64,000 bases of DNA from Octopus sinensis (lineage: Eukaryota): assembly GCF_006345805.1 (NCBI RefSeq), contig NC_043006.1:72540001-72604000 (forward strand), in the 5' to 3' direction. Under the pieces are notes generated by a model. That model was not told the origin of the DNA and did no database searches. It saw only the letters and a program-made list of their open reading frames with translations. Positions 41,709-51,089 of the stretch are shown here, one piece after another. Position numbers and translations under genes: made by a program. The number at the start of each line of letters is the position of its first letter. The first letter of the stretch is position 1.

Positions 41709-44700
41709 TATATATAAATCATCATTTAATGTCTGCATTTCCATGCTTGCATGGGTTAGATAGTTTGACAGGAATTTGTAAGTCAGAAGACTGCACCAGG
41801 CTTCAGCGTCTGTTTTGGCATGGGTTTTTTTTATGGCTTGGATACCCTTCCTAACGCCAACCACCCTGCAGAGTGGACTGAGTACTTTTCGTGTGGCACC
41901 AGCACAGGCGATGTGTGTATGTGTATATATAAAATTGGTGCCTTGAAAAGGTCACACAGTACACTAAATTAAATACTATATTTTCATATTAAGTATGGCA
42001 TTTCCTGTAGATGGTATCACTGAGTAATTAATTGAAATTATTTATTTTGCACTACATCTATTGTTTTATTGTTGTTACCCTAAATGAAGCAAATATTAAG
42101 ATATTCTGTCATCATTACTTTGCTTCATAAGTAAGTTTATAGATATTCAAAGAAAGCATTAACAACACCAAACTTATTTCTCATTTTTGCCAATTAACTA
42201 AGATTTTCTTCGATGATATGTTATTGTGGGGCCTGTTGATTGGCACAATCATTAGAGCAACAGAAAATAATTTGTTGCAGTATTTATTCTGGTTCTTTAT
42301 GTTTCTGAGTTCAAATCCTAGCTGAAGTCAAATTTGATTTTTTAAATTCTTTTTGGATCTATAAAATAATTATCTATCAAGTACTAGAAGTGATTTTATT
42401 GTTTAAACCCCAGTTTCTTGCCTTGTGATTGTGTAAAAAATTAAGCCCATCATCTTATTTAAAAAAGGCACTGGATGATGTGGTCATAACTTGAATGACT
42501 TTAATCATAAATTTGCTCATTCACAGTTGACTTGGAATCAAACAGAATGTAGAAGCCTCCACATGGTCTCTCAGTCTGCTAGATATAGCAGTGGAATCTT
42601 CTTCAAATCATATCCTACCGCCAAATGTAGTCCTAGATATATTACAATCATTTTCATCATCATTGTCATCATTTACTGTCTACTTTTCCATGCTTGCATG
42701 GATCACACTGAATTTGTTGAGGCAGGTTTTCTACAACTGGGTGCTCTTCCTGTCACAAACTCTGACCAGTTATCAGCGAGATAATATTTCCTCCTTGGTC
42801 AGACATGTTTTCTCACAGAAAACTGGGAACAAACAACACGTCTTGAATGATGGTGATGCTTGTTTACGACCTTTACAGGATGGCAAGACTACACACAAAC
42901 ACACACATACACATATATGTATAAACACATAAGTACAGAAATATATATTTCCATCTACCAATTCCACTCACAAGGCTTTGGACAGACCAAGGTTATAGTA
43001 GAAGACACTTCAACCTGAGACAGCATGCTTTTTAACTACACAACTATCTGAATATAACAAAGGATGGTCATAGCTGGAATACCTTTTGTTGTTTATATCT
43101 CATCATTCAAAGCTTCAGCGAGGCTAAACAACAACAACCACCACCAAATTTCGTTTGTGAACATAAATTTAACTCATTATGTATATTTTTCTGTCTACAG
43201 GTATTCCTACAGCATCTGTCTCCTCTCTTATCATTGAGTACCTTTACAGCACTATGGCTAACTATATTAGATTTCATGGATAAATACATGCACAAAGGCA
43301 GTGATCTCTTGGTGAGTATTATTAATATTATTATTATTACTATTATTATTATTAAGGCAGCGAGCTGGCAGAATTGTTAGCATGCTGAGCAAAATGCTTA
43401 GAAGTATTTTGTTCATCTTTTCGTTCTGAGTTTAAATTCTACCAAGGTCAGCTTTGCTTTTCATTCCTTCGTGGTCCATAAAATAAGTACCAGTAGAACA
43501 CTGGTGGTGCCAAAAGTTGAAACCATTATTATTATGGTGGCGAGCTGGTAGAATCGTTAGCATGCCAGGTGAAATGTTTAATGGAATTTCGTTTCCCACT
43601 ATGTTCTGAGTTCAGATTCAACTGAGGTTGACTTTGCCTTTCATCCTCTCAGGGTCAATAAATAAAGTGCCAGTGAGATACTGGGGTCGATGTAATCGAC
43701 TAGTTCCCTCCCCCAAAATTCCAGGCCTTGTGCCTTTACTGGAAAGGATTATTATTATTATTATTTTTATTGGCGAAGTCATTAGACCACCAAAAAAGTG
43801 CTTTATAATACTTGTTCTAGCTTTTATTAATTCAAATCCCACCAAGATCAACTTTGCTTAATATCTTTCCAGGGTCTACAACTATTTTCCCTGCCTAAAT
43901 CAGAAATCATTATTTATCTATAATTAGGCTGGTGAACTGGCAGAATCATTAGTGTGTTGGATAAAATGCTTAGCAACATTTTTTTTTTCCAGCTCTTTAC
44001 TTTCTGAGTTAAAATCCTGCTGAGATCAGCTTTATCTTTCATCCTTTTGGGGTTTGATAAATAGTACCAGTTGAACACTGAGGTTAAGGTATCAACTGGC
44101 CCCTTCCCCCAAATTTCCAGCCTTGTGCCTAAAACAGATTCATCCGTTTTTACATTCTGAGTTCAACTTTGCCTCTTCCATCCTTTAGGGGTCAGCGTAA
44201 TCAACTATCCCCCTCCTCCAAAGTTGCTGGCTTTGTACCTAAATTCTTTTCTACTCTAGGCACAAGGCCTGAAATTTCTGGGGAGGAGGCCAGTTGATAA
44301 GATCAACCCCAGTATGCAACTGGTACTTAATTTATTGACCTCAAAAAGACGAAAGGCAAAGTCAACCTTGGCAGAATTTGAATTCAGAATGTAAAGACAA
44401 ATGAAATAGTAATGTTTCTGCCAGCTGCCGCCTTAACCAAAATTGAAACCATTATCATTATTGTTGTTGCTATTGATGTTGTTATCATTTTTATTATTAT
44501 TATTATTATTACAGTCAGATGCAATACGAGAATCCTTAAAAAATATGTTATTAGTTATGGACACAGCTGGAATTTTCCACACTGATACAACAGACTCACA
44601 ACTCTGGAAATTGACATGGGACCGTATTGACACGTTCTTACCAGAACTGCAAGAGGAATTATTTAAAACTCAGGAACCTGGTAACTATCTCTTTTTGACC

Positions 44701-47700
44701 ATTACTTTGAGACAATCCTTGAGGAACTGTTATAGTACCTCTGAAATTAAGTGAAAATTACTACACTAAGTACTATTTTTCATTATTACTGAAAGCCAAG
44801 CTGAGTCATGCTTGAAACCATTTTATTTTATTTTTCAATAACTGTTAATATGTTCAGAAAATTATCATCGCCATCATTTAACATCCATTTTTTCCATGCT
44901 TGCATGGATCAGATGGAGTTTATTAAAACTTCTTTTACAGCCAGATACCCTTCCTGTTGCTAACCCTTACTTGTTTCCAAATAAGATAATTCCCATGGCT
45001 TGACATGTTTTTCATGGAAGACTGGAAATGAAGAACATTTCTTGTATGACAGTGATGTTCACTTACAACTACCACCATAGCCAATCTTGTAAAGATAAAG
45101 AAAGGTGTTGGGATGGCTGTGTGGTAAGAAGCTTGGTTCCCAATCACACAGTTTTGGGTTCAGTCCCACTGCATTGCACTTTGAGCAAGTGTCTTCTACT
45201 ATAGTCTCAGGTTGACCAAAGCCTTGTGAGTGGACTTGGGAGACAGAAACTGAAAGAAGCCCATCGTGTCTGTGTGTGAATGTGTGTCTTTGTATCTATT
45301 TTCCCACACCCTCACCACTTGAATAAGTACTAGGCTTAAAAACGAATAAGTACTGGGGTCGATTCGTCTGATTATAATTCTTCAAGATGATGCCCCCGAA
45401 ACTAGTAAAAAATAATATATTTCCAGTATTCTGCACTGGTATTTTGTTCAAGTAAACCATACTGTACTGTCTTATATAAGAAGGGCTTATTTGGGTTTAG
45501 TGTATCAAACTTGGATACACAATATCTGAGTAAAAGATGGAGAGGTCACGGCTGGAATACCCTTTATCATAGACTTACTAGGTCATGACTGAGCTGAAGC
45601 TAAACGATAACAATACTTGAAATGTCATTTTTTCTTTTCTGGGGGTTATTTCTATACAGTGAACATTTAATTTCTAGCTGTAATTGTTAAACTGTAGGGA
45701 CCCCCACCCCAACAATCTCTTAATTCTCAAGCTAATGAAGAAGTCTGTATGTGTATCATCATCATCGTTTAATGTCTGTTTTCTAGACAGGCATGGGTTG
45801 GACGGTTGACACGAGCCAGCCAGGTAGAAGACTGCACCAATCTACAGTATCTGATATATAAATAATTTATGTTTTATTCTCAAAATAATATTCTTTTTTT
45901 TATTTTCTTGTTTAGTGTGTGTTCCAGAACCAAGAAACATTGATCGTAATAATGCTAGCCTTGAAAAAGTGGTAGTAATGGTAGCTAACGAAGACATCCA
46001 ACCAGAACCTCAAATAACATTGCCAGTCACGAATAACAATGGTACAGCAAAAGTGCCTGATTCTCCAAGTTCTCAAAACTCAGATGTTCAAACGCCAAGT
46101 CCAGACAGTGGTAAGTTAGATCTAACATCATTTTATTTGAAAATGTTTCTACCTTCTTCATTAACCCTTTTGTTACTAACCCGGCCAAAACCGGCTCTGG
46201 CTCTGTGGTAAAATGTCTTGTTTTCATAAGTTTTGAATTAAAATATTCCACCAAGCCTTAGTCACAATTTACATTCCTAACACTAGCTTAATGATAACTA
46301 AGTTATTTTACTAAATTCTTTGTTATATTCAAAATAATTGAAAGAAACACAGCATCTCAAAATAAATACAGTAACAAAAGGGTTAAGTTCTGTAAAATTG
46401 ACTTTGGATTTTTTTAATAATTTTTTTAGTTTCTTTTTTTTTTATATTATTGTTATTGTTAGCTTCAGTCAATTTTGCTAATTGTAATTTAGTATACATT
46501 TAGAACTTTAATTAGTAGTTTCATTAGAAATGTTGAAATGTGGGTTGAAGGATTGATGATTCCTTTCTAGATGTTTAGTCTGGGGTCAGCCCTAATCAAA
46601 CAGACCAATTATAAGTTTATTAAAAACATGGGTATGGGACCCTACCTACGTATTTATTCTTCATGAATTAGCTAGCGTTATAGTATCTTTGAAGGTGAGT
46701 GGCTTAGTGATTTGTCTATTCAACTCCTGACCATAAGGTTGTGATTTCAATTCCTGGTGTCCTTGAGCAAGACAGTTTTATTTCACATCACTCCAGTCCA
46801 CTTACCTGGTAAAAATGAGTTGTAGCTGTAATTCAAATGAGCTGACCTTATTACATTTGGTGTGTCATGCTGAATCTAGAAACTACATTAAGTATGCATG
46901 TTTCTGTGGAGTACTCAGCCACATGCTTGTTAATTTCACAAGCAGGCTGTTCCCTTGATTGAATCAACTGGAACACTTTCGAGCACATCTACCCAAGGAC
47001 TTATTCTTTGTAAGCCTAGTACTTAATCTATCGGTTGCTTTTGCCGAACCGCTAAGTTACGAGGACATAAACACACCAGCATTGGTTGTCAAGCTATGTT
47101 GCGGGGACAAACACAGACACACATATATATATATACACATACAACGGGCTTCTTTCAGTTTCCGTCTACCAAATCCACTCACAAGGCTTTGGTTGGCCTG
47201 AGGCTATAGTAAAAGGTGCCACGCAGTGGGACTGAACCTGGAACCATGTGGTTAGTAAGCAAGCTACTTACCACACAGCCACTCCTACGCCTGTTTATTA
47301 TTAATCTAGACATTGATCAGTTTTTAATCATTAATCAGTTCAATCATCACCTTATCTTCACTGTTTATTGTTTCTTTTATTTTTTCAGGAATTGGCAAAT
47401 CTCCTCGTTCAGAAAGTCCATTGGTTGGAGGGAACAGTGCCACCATGACATCCGCTTACATTCTTCAGCCACCCTTGCCTAAAGTTGCCTCTCGCAGTAG
47501 CATGGCAGACAACGTGTCAGTAAACAGTTCACCAGTTGCACCACGCCCTAATATTACAGACTCAGCGACTGTAAACAGCTCCTCTTCCACTTCTGGTTCC
47601 ATAGCTTCTACTGCAAGCACCGTTCCGTTACTTCTGAACCCAGATATCATGCAAGGGACTACTATTCCTTTTATTTCTCCTCAGGTAAGTAACACTTTGC

Positions 47701-49060
47701 ACTTACTTTTACTATGATACAAATTCCTTATTTCAAAGTGACTTAAATTAAAACCTTCCAGCAAAATAACATGTTAATTTATGTTTCAAACACCAGTTTA
47801 ATAATGACAAAGTTATTGCAATTAAATTCTTCAATATTTAAAAATTAATCAAATCAAAGGCAGTGTACTGCAACAGAAATATGGTTACAAAAGAGTTAAG
47901 ACACTTCTATTACTTTTTTTAATGAAATACTTTAAGTTTGAAAATAATCAAGCATTCAATTAACTTTGTTGTTATTTTACCAGTGTTTGGAACAAAAGTT
48001 TCTTTTGTGAGGGAATTTTGTTAGGCCCATAAAGCTTGGAAAAGTGAACATTTAAGCAATAACTATATACAATGATAATAGTAATAATAATAATTATTAG
48101 ACACCTGTTATTATTTCTATTGTATTTATATTCATGTAACTTTGTTTTTTCCGCCCTTGTTTTTGTATTCATTTGTTACTTTCTCCCAAGGAATCTAATG
48201 CTCTTAGCTTGGTTTTTCCTTGGGGCTGGCCAGATTAGAGCAATCTCAAGAATAATCAGTCGAAATTGTGAGGATAATCTGGTGCTTGACTGAGGATAAA
48301 GGGCTTCGAATGACCCATCCTTGTTTTCTTTGTATCGTTTATCTGGATGTTTTGTTGTCCCTTCTTGTATCACCTAGCTGTCTGGATGTTTTGCGTTCTT
48401 GTCTCATTTTGTATTATATATACACACAATTTGCTGACTTGTAGTAATACAAAATGCAGGGAAGAGACAGCACACCTGCGGATGAGAAGCTGGAGTCATT
48501 AATGACTAAATACCAATCTATCAAGTGGATTTCCTCTGGATGCAGTCTGTTAGCTGCTGTTGTTGTTCCAGATGTGGAAGTGATACTCTGCTATGGCTTC
48601 CCTTGGCCCTTGTAGAATGTTGGCCTGTTGGTGAGAGAAATATCGTCTGACCCTGAAACAAAAGGCCTGTCTTTGGGATATGGTCCTAGCTATGCTAAGG
48701 ATGTGCAGGCAAGGCTGTGTGTTAAGAAGCTTGCTTCCCAATCACATGGTTCTGAGTTCAATCCCACTGTGCAGCACTTTGGCCAAGTGTCTTCTACTAT
48801 ATAATCTTGGGCCAACCAAAGCCTTGAGTGGATTTGGGAGACGGAAACTGAAAGAAGCCCATCATGTATGTATGTATATATATATATATATGTGTGTGTC
48901 TTTATACCAACCAGTGCTGCTTTGTTATATATGTTTGCATCACTAGCCTAGCAGTTCAGCAAAAGAGACTGATAGAATAAGTACCAGGCTTTAAAAAATA
49001 AGTGGACATTAACTTAATATTATATATATCAAGAATGATGCCTGTTAGCTGATGATGGAG

Positions 49061-49097
<37 letters not shown>

Positions 49098-51089
49098 TAC
49101 ACAGTTCTATATTTGTCCTCATCTTGTTTGTTGTTAACATGTTTTCGACAGATATAACCTCCAGCCTTCATCAGGTGTCTTGGGCAAATTTCGAACCTGA
49201 GTTCTCATTCCTAAGGTACATCAAAAAATACCAGGTTCGAAATTTCCCCAAGACACCTGATGAAGGATGGAGGGTATATCAGCCGAAATGTGTTAACAAC
49301 AAACAAGATAATGACATATATATGATTGATATCCTTGTTGGCTGTGAACTTTTTGTAATCTTATGTTTCTAAGTTGTCCTCCATTGAAATTCTTGTTCTT
49401 GAAGTCTAATGGCAGTCAAGACATTTTATAACTGCATAATGTACTCATAGCATAATCTTGATTTTGTTAGTCTATGTACATTGGGGGACATTTGTGATCA
49501 CTTTGAAATGAAACAGCTTCAATTACAATGACCAGCTAATATTAATTAAATTTAGTATTCATAAACTTTGATAACATTATCTATGATTAAAACTCCATGT
49601 ATGGCTGTGTGGTTAAGAAGTTCACTTCCTAACATGTTTTCGGTTCAATTCCACTGCAAAGCACCTTAAGCAAATGTCTTCTATTGTAGCTCTAGACCAA
49701 CCAAAACCCTGAGTTGATTTGGTTGGTGGGAACTAAAAAAAGTGTGTATGCGTCTACTTGTCCTGCATTAATAAGCCTCACCATAATATAAGCAATGTTG
49801 TTCATTTCTCATCTTTCATGAAAACATGTGCAGTTACTGTGCTGCTTGAGTTCAAAGGACAAAGGGAAATGTTTATCTTGCTCAGAAACAAGTGAGGGTT
49901 AGTGTCAAAGACAATCTGCCCACAGTAAATTTCTTCTGACCCATGCAAGAGTGAAAAGACAGCTGTTAAAACAATGATTTATCCGTATATATATATATAT
50001 ATATACATATGTGGAGGCGCAGTTGCCCAGTGGACACGCGGTTTTGATTCCAAGTCCGGGCGTTGAGTGTTTATTGAGCGAAAACACCTAAAAGCCCCAA
50101 GAGGCTCCGGCAGGTGGTGGTGGTGATCCCTGCTGTACTCTTTCGCCACAACTTTCTTCCGTTGGCCTGCTTGCTTAGCCAGCGGGGTGGCGTCATTTGA
50201 AGGTTAAAACAATGCGAAACGCATTATGACCAGCAAAGTGTAGCAACATCTGATAGCCTGGTCAGTCATGGTGATATATACACACACAGACATGGTTGTG
50301 TGTATATGGAGTTTGCTTGGCGTTTTGATTTCTAACCTCACCGTGCAGCATCTTGGGTAAGTGTCTACTTTAGTCTTCAAGTCAGCCAATTTTCCTTGAC
50401 CAGGAAACTGTATGGAAGCCTGTTATGTTGTGTGTATATAATATGCAAACATGTGTACCTGTGTGCTACTATCTACACATGAAACCATTTGAGCAAACTG
50501 ATGATGTTGTGACATTCCTTGTTAAATCACTGTAGCATTGCCTTCAAAGATAATTCCAAACTTGAAAAGAGGTAAAGGTTAGCAAGGATATCTGACTATA
50601 AAATACCTCAGTAAAATATTCATCTGACCTATGGTAGCTTGAAGAAACACATAAATAGTTCCAATAAACACCATGTTTTAGTGGGGTGGTTATGCAAAGC
50701 AAATGTCGGAGAAATTAGAAGTTTATATTCCTGTGTACATTGCATCATTGAGATGGCCTGGAACTCTAGGGGAATCGGATACTTAATCACAACTGATCAT
50801 TGGGTAACATTTTATTGCAGTGTCACAGGGAACTAAGGTCACTAAACATAATGCAATGAAATGTGCCCTGATGATCAGTTTTGGTAAACCATCCAATACA
50901 CAACCAGTGGTGAAACATACATAGGAACAAATGATGTAAACTTGTTTATCATTTTATCAACATTTGCTCAGTATATCATACAAGTGTAGTAGAAACTTAA
51001 CCAGTGCACACTGCTATCATCATTTCATATGCTTTATGTTAATACCTTGATATTTAAATTTTCAGATGGAAAGACATGAAAGCCAGTGA
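9284..51089 (+). CDS. GBF1: GBF1 (Golgi-specific brefeldin A-resistance Arf GEF 1), 5'-partial, 32 exons in window
   Basis: Hand-spliced exons with consistent phases give [47 protein letters not shown] (HUS), the Sec7 motifs [10 protein letters not shown] and [14 protein letters not shown], and the HDS motifs [34 protein letters not shown] and [15 protein letters not shown]. All are recognised as metazoan GBF1. One frameshift at about 34500. Confidence 0.97.
10776..10842. repeat. Compound microsatellite (TG)n(AG)n(AGTG)n
   Basis: Directly visible. Confidence 0.95.
11118..11307 (+). CDS. GBF1: GBF1 exon (KSISETEL...[19 protein letters not shown])
   Basis: ctcag|AAA...G|gtaatc; contains the conserved VNPRGxRF motif. 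Confidence 0.92.
13451..13671 (+). CDS. GBF1: GBF1 exon, HUS region ([20 protein letters not shown]...[10 protein letters not shown])
   Basis: cacag|GT...ACT|gtaagt; phase 1-0. Confidence 0.96.
14085..14163. repeat. Compound trinucleotide repeat (CTA)n(TTA)n...(CAA)n
   Basis: Directly visible. Confidence 0.9.
14170..14540. mobile_element. Tail-to-tail pair of SINE C copies
   Basis: ggctttgtgcctatagtagaaagaat-tattcttttctactctaggcacaaggcc inverted junction at about 14390. Confidence 0.8.
14820..14918 (+). CDS. GBF1: GBF1 exon ([10 protein letters not shown]...[13 protein letters not shown])
   Basis: ttcag|CTG...GAG|gttagt; 99 nt. Confidence 0.96.
15774..16123 (+). mobile_element. Helitron/Helentron-like non-autonomous element
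   Basis: 5' TCTCTATATATAAA...TCTGTCTGTCTGTGTGTCC start typical of HINE/DINE-like elements; GACCCGGCAA remnant of a subterminal 3' motif; no clear CTRR end. Confidence 0.4.
16452..16646 (+). CDS. GBF1: GBF1 exon (MYLTKL...[21 protein letters not shown])
   Basis: tctag|ATG...AAA|gtatgt; 195 nt; HUS box. Confidence 0.96.
17458..17838 (-). mobile_element. SINE family A, full length, young
   Basis: Complete tail-to-head match, ending accacacagccactcc. Confidence 0.88.
17995..18199 (+). CDS. GBF1: GBF1 exon ([20 protein letters not shown]...poly-Ala...STSNTN)
   Basis: tgtag|AAT...G|gtatgt; an alternative in-frame donor lies at 18154. Confidence 0.93.
18330..18615 (+). mobile_element. CR1/L2-type LINE 3' fragment, same family as 37510-37945, opposite strand
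   Basis: gctgaagcatggaataaagtacccacatcagttgtt...cttcaaaactttcatacttcctgg parallels the 37.6-kb copy. Confidence 0.7.
18790..19150 (+). mobile_element. SINE family B
   Basis: About 3 internal units, gtggttggtgttaggaagggcatccagc, and a (GAT)n tail. Confidence 0.85.
19970..20101 (+). CDS. GBF1: GBF1 exon, linker (ENVPETNN...[21 protein letters not shown])
   Basis: ttcag|AG...G|gtttgt; 132 nt, phase 1-1, open. Confidence 0.8.
20525..20815 (-). mobile_element. SINE family B, nested in a family A copy
   Basis: Follows (TA)n at 20463-20523; flanked by family A halves at about 20245-20430 and 20815-20930. Confidence 0.7.
21021..21148 (+). CDS. GBF1: GBF1 exon (EHTWPQK...IRPNRM...LAALKHKKK), GC donor
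   Basis: aacag|AA...AAG|gcaagt; joins in frame to [10 protein letters not shown]. Confidence 0.9.
21868..22070 (+). CDS. GBF1: GBF1 exon, Sec7 N-part ([22 protein letters not shown]...FEAFVK)
   Basis: ttcag|ATG...AA|gtacgt. Confidence 0.97.
22755..22878 (+). CDS. GBF1: GBF1 exon, Sec7 catalytic motif (SFNF...[25 protein letters not shown])
   Basis: tgtag|A...CAT|gtaagt; glutamate finger FRLPGE intact. Confidence 0.98.
23195..23360 (-). mobile_element. Penelope-like pLTR remnant with a degenerate hammerhead motif
   Basis: - strand: ttttt CTGTCAA a gagt-gtag-actc GAAAC GTC aaaga; stem II, GAAA and the GUC triplet are intact, CUGANGA is mutated. Confidence 0.45.
23598..23975 (+). mobile_element. 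SINE family A, full length
   Basis: ggttctgggttcagtcccactgcatggcaccttgggcaagtgtcttctactatagcc...aaatgactgaaac. Confidence 0.88.
24421..24546 (+). CDS. GBF1: GBF1 exon, Sec7 ([29 protein letters not shown]...MTVD)
   Basis: ttcag|AAA...GAT|gtaagt; 126 nt. Confidence 0.98.
25933..26015 (+). CDS. GBF1: GBF1 exon, Sec7 ([28 protein letters not shown])
   Basis: cccag|GAA...CG|gtaggt. Confidence 0.96.
27154..27217 (+). CDS. GBF1: GBF1 exon ([21 protein letters not shown])
   Basis: ttcag|G...AAA|gtaagt. Confidence 0.96.
28590..28762 (+). CDS. GBF1: GBF1 exon, HDS1 (VLLKRG...[15 protein letters not shown]...KAISGFR), GC donor
   Basis: ttcag|GTT...CAG|gcaaga; only the GC donor keeps GFR-KCAM in frame. 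Confidence 0.94.
29103..29335 (-). mobile_element. SINE family C, full length
   Basis: atttctttattacccacaagggg...aaaggcaaagttgacctcggcggaattcgaactc...gtttctgccagctcgccgcc; tRNA-like head on the - strand. Confidence 0.85.
29921..30020 (+). CDS. GBF1: GBF1 exon ([33 protein letters not shown])
   Basis: tccag|G...GAT|gtaagt. Confidence 0.97.
30578..30754 (+). CDS. GBF1: GBF1 exon (APENIS...[15 protein letters not shown]...SLIE)
   Basis: tgtag|GCA...GAG|gtaact; 177 nt. Confidence 0.96.
31632..31699 (+). CDS. GBF1: GBF1 exon ([22 protein letters not shown])
   Basis: cttag|GTG...AG|gttagt. Confidence 0.92.
31925..32260 (-). mobile_element. SINE family A
   Basis: Diverged match to the family A consensus seen elsewhere in the window. 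Confidence 0.75.
32423..32615 (+). CDS. GBF1: GBF1 exon ([10 protein letters not shown]...[23 protein letters not shown])
   Basis: ttcag|A...AAG|gtggct. Confidence 0.95.
33147..33262 (+). CDS. GBF1: GBF1 exon (TLLIGSQ...[20 protein letters not shown])
   Basis: ttcag|ACA...AG|gtttgt. Confidence 0.95.
33315..33700 (-). mobile_element. SINE family A
   Basis: Full-length match to family A. Confidence 0.82.
34445..34597 (+). CDS. GBF1: GBF1 exon, HDS2 ([19 protein letters not shown] // [31 protein letters not shown]), contains a 1-nt frameshift
   Basis: acag|G...CAG|gtaagt; 153 nt where 154 is required; both halves match GBF1, but in different frames. Confidence 0.93.
34897..35134 (+). CDS. GBF1: GBF1 exon ([13 protein letters not shown]...[19 protein letters not shown]...ATDS)
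   Basis: tgtag|GTC...G|gtacat. Confidence 0.96.
35480..35646 (+). CDS. GBF1: GBF1 exon (GAQSDSEV...[11 protein letters not shown]...SWLM)
   Basis: tgcag|GA...ATG|gtatgt; conserved RGYTSDSE. Confidence 0.95.
35840..36100 (+). mobile_element. SINE family B
   Basis: Two internal units plus the standard tail, ending gacattaaacgatgatgatga. Confidence 0.85.
36530..36680. repeat. 65-bp tandem duplication (two full units plus a partial unit)
   Basis: agcat(a/g)gagtgcaactcactctggtaggctaaatgtccacctgctggg at 36531 and 36596; partial unit at about 36654. Confidence 0.85.
37124..37370 (+). CDS. GBF1: GBF1 exon (VEKE...[36 protein letters not shown])
   Basis: ttcag|GTG...G|gttagt. Confidence 0.96.
37510..37945 (-). 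mobile_element. CR1/L2-type LINE 3' fragment
   Basis: ORF 37637-37936 reads [11 protein letters not shown]...[29 protein letters not shown], matching the CR1/L2 ORF2 C-terminus (TRGH..K..RK.FFS.RV...WN.LP..VV). Confidence 0.8.
38335..39255. mobile_element. Tail-to-tail inverted pair of SINE A copies (38335-38670 +, 38905-39255 -)
   Basis: Both copies match family A in opposite orientation, about 235 bp apart. Confidence 0.82.
39313..39512 (+). CDS. GBF1: GBF1 exon (GQQKN...[19 protein letters not shown])
   Basis: tttag|GA...CAG|gtaaat. Confidence 0.92.
39693..39846 (+). CDS. GBF1: GBF1 exon, HDS3 ([16 protein letters not shown]...[11 protein letters not shown])
   Basis: aacag|TTG...G|gtatgc. 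Confidence 0.97.
40395..40525 (+). CDS. GBF1: GBF1 exon ([44 protein letters not shown])
   Basis: ttcag|GA...AAG|gtgtgt. Confidence 0.97.
40751..41086 (+). mobile_element. tRNA-derived SINE, further family
   Basis: A box GGCTCAGTGGTTAGAGC, B box GAGTTCGATTC; body related to copies at about 12470-12660 and 46695-46980. Confidence 0.7.
41088..41152. repeat. (TA)n microsatellite
   Basis: Directly visible. Confidence 0.95.
41288..41389 (+). CDS. GBF1: GBF1 exon ([10 protein letters not shown]...[14 protein letters not shown])
   Basis: tgaag|GTT...AAG|gtgagt; 102 nt. Confidence 0.96.
43201..43311 (+). CDS. GBF1: GBF1 exon ([37 protein letters not shown])
   Basis: tacag|GTA...TTG|gtgagt; 111 nt. 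Confidence 0.96.
43356..44432. mobile_element. Cluster of SINE C copies (at least three + copies and one - copy)
   Basis: Heads ggcagcgagctggcagaat at 43356, 43535 and 43928; inverted copy at 44245-44432. Confidence 0.8.
44515..44680 (+). CDS. GBF1: GBF1 exon ([21 protein letters not shown]...[21 protein letters not shown])
   Basis: tacag|TCA...G|gtaact. Confidence 0.96.
45110..45400 (+). mobile_element. SINE family A
   Basis: tggctgtgtggtaagaagc...ggttcagtcccactgc head and body. Confidence 0.8.
45916..46110 (+). CDS. GBF1: GBF1 exon, disordered tail (VCVPEPRN...TPSPDS)
   Basis: tttag|TG...G|gtaagt; 195 nt, phase 1-1, open. Confidence 0.8.
46165..46382. mobile_element. piggyBac-like MITE (218 bp)
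   Basis: Perfect 13-bp TIRs CCCTTTTGTTACT / AGTAACAAAAGGG, flanked by TTAA at 46161-46164 and 46383-46386. Confidence 0.85.
46990..47285 (-). mobile_element. SINE family A
   Basis: Young copy ending accacacagccactcc, about 100 nt upstream of the exon at 47389. Confidence 0.82.
47389..47684 (+). CDS. GBF1: GBF1 exon, Ser/Pro-rich tail (GIGKSP...[20 protein letters not shown])
   Basis: ttcag|GA...CAG|gtaagt; 296 nt open. Confidence 0.85.
48712..49000 (+). mobile_element. SINE family A
   Basis: ggctgtgtgttaagaagc...gagttcaatcccactg head. Confidence 0.78.
49105..49310. mobile_element. Inverted pair of Penelope-like pLTR fragments, each with a decayed minimal hammerhead ribozyme motif
   Basis: Arms of about 79 bp at 49121-49199 and 49232-49309. 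+ strand: gacac CTGATGA a ggatg..cagcc GAAA t gtgtt. - strand: gacac CTGATGA a ggctg..ctgtc GAAA acatgtt. Confidence 0.7.
50024..50280 (+). mobile_element. GC-rich tRNA-derived SINE, distinct family
   Basis: ggaggcgcagttgcccagtgg...ggttttgattccaagtccgggcg head with A/B-box remnants, inserted after (TA)n. Confidence 0.6.
51066..51089 (+). CDS. GBF1: Probable last coding exon of GBF1 (MERHESQ-stop), followed by 3'UTR
   Basis: attttcag|ATG GAA AGA CAT GAA AGC CAG TGA; phase 0 fits; repeat-free UTR-like sequence follows; no conservation support. Confidence 0.55.
   Translation: MERHESQ

Noticed and set aside
48180-48420. Repeat with CTGAGGA and GAAA/GAAT motifs, and a 65-aa ORF
   Set aside because: No consistent stem II or stem III; unclassified interspersed repeat, not claimed as a ribozyme or gene.
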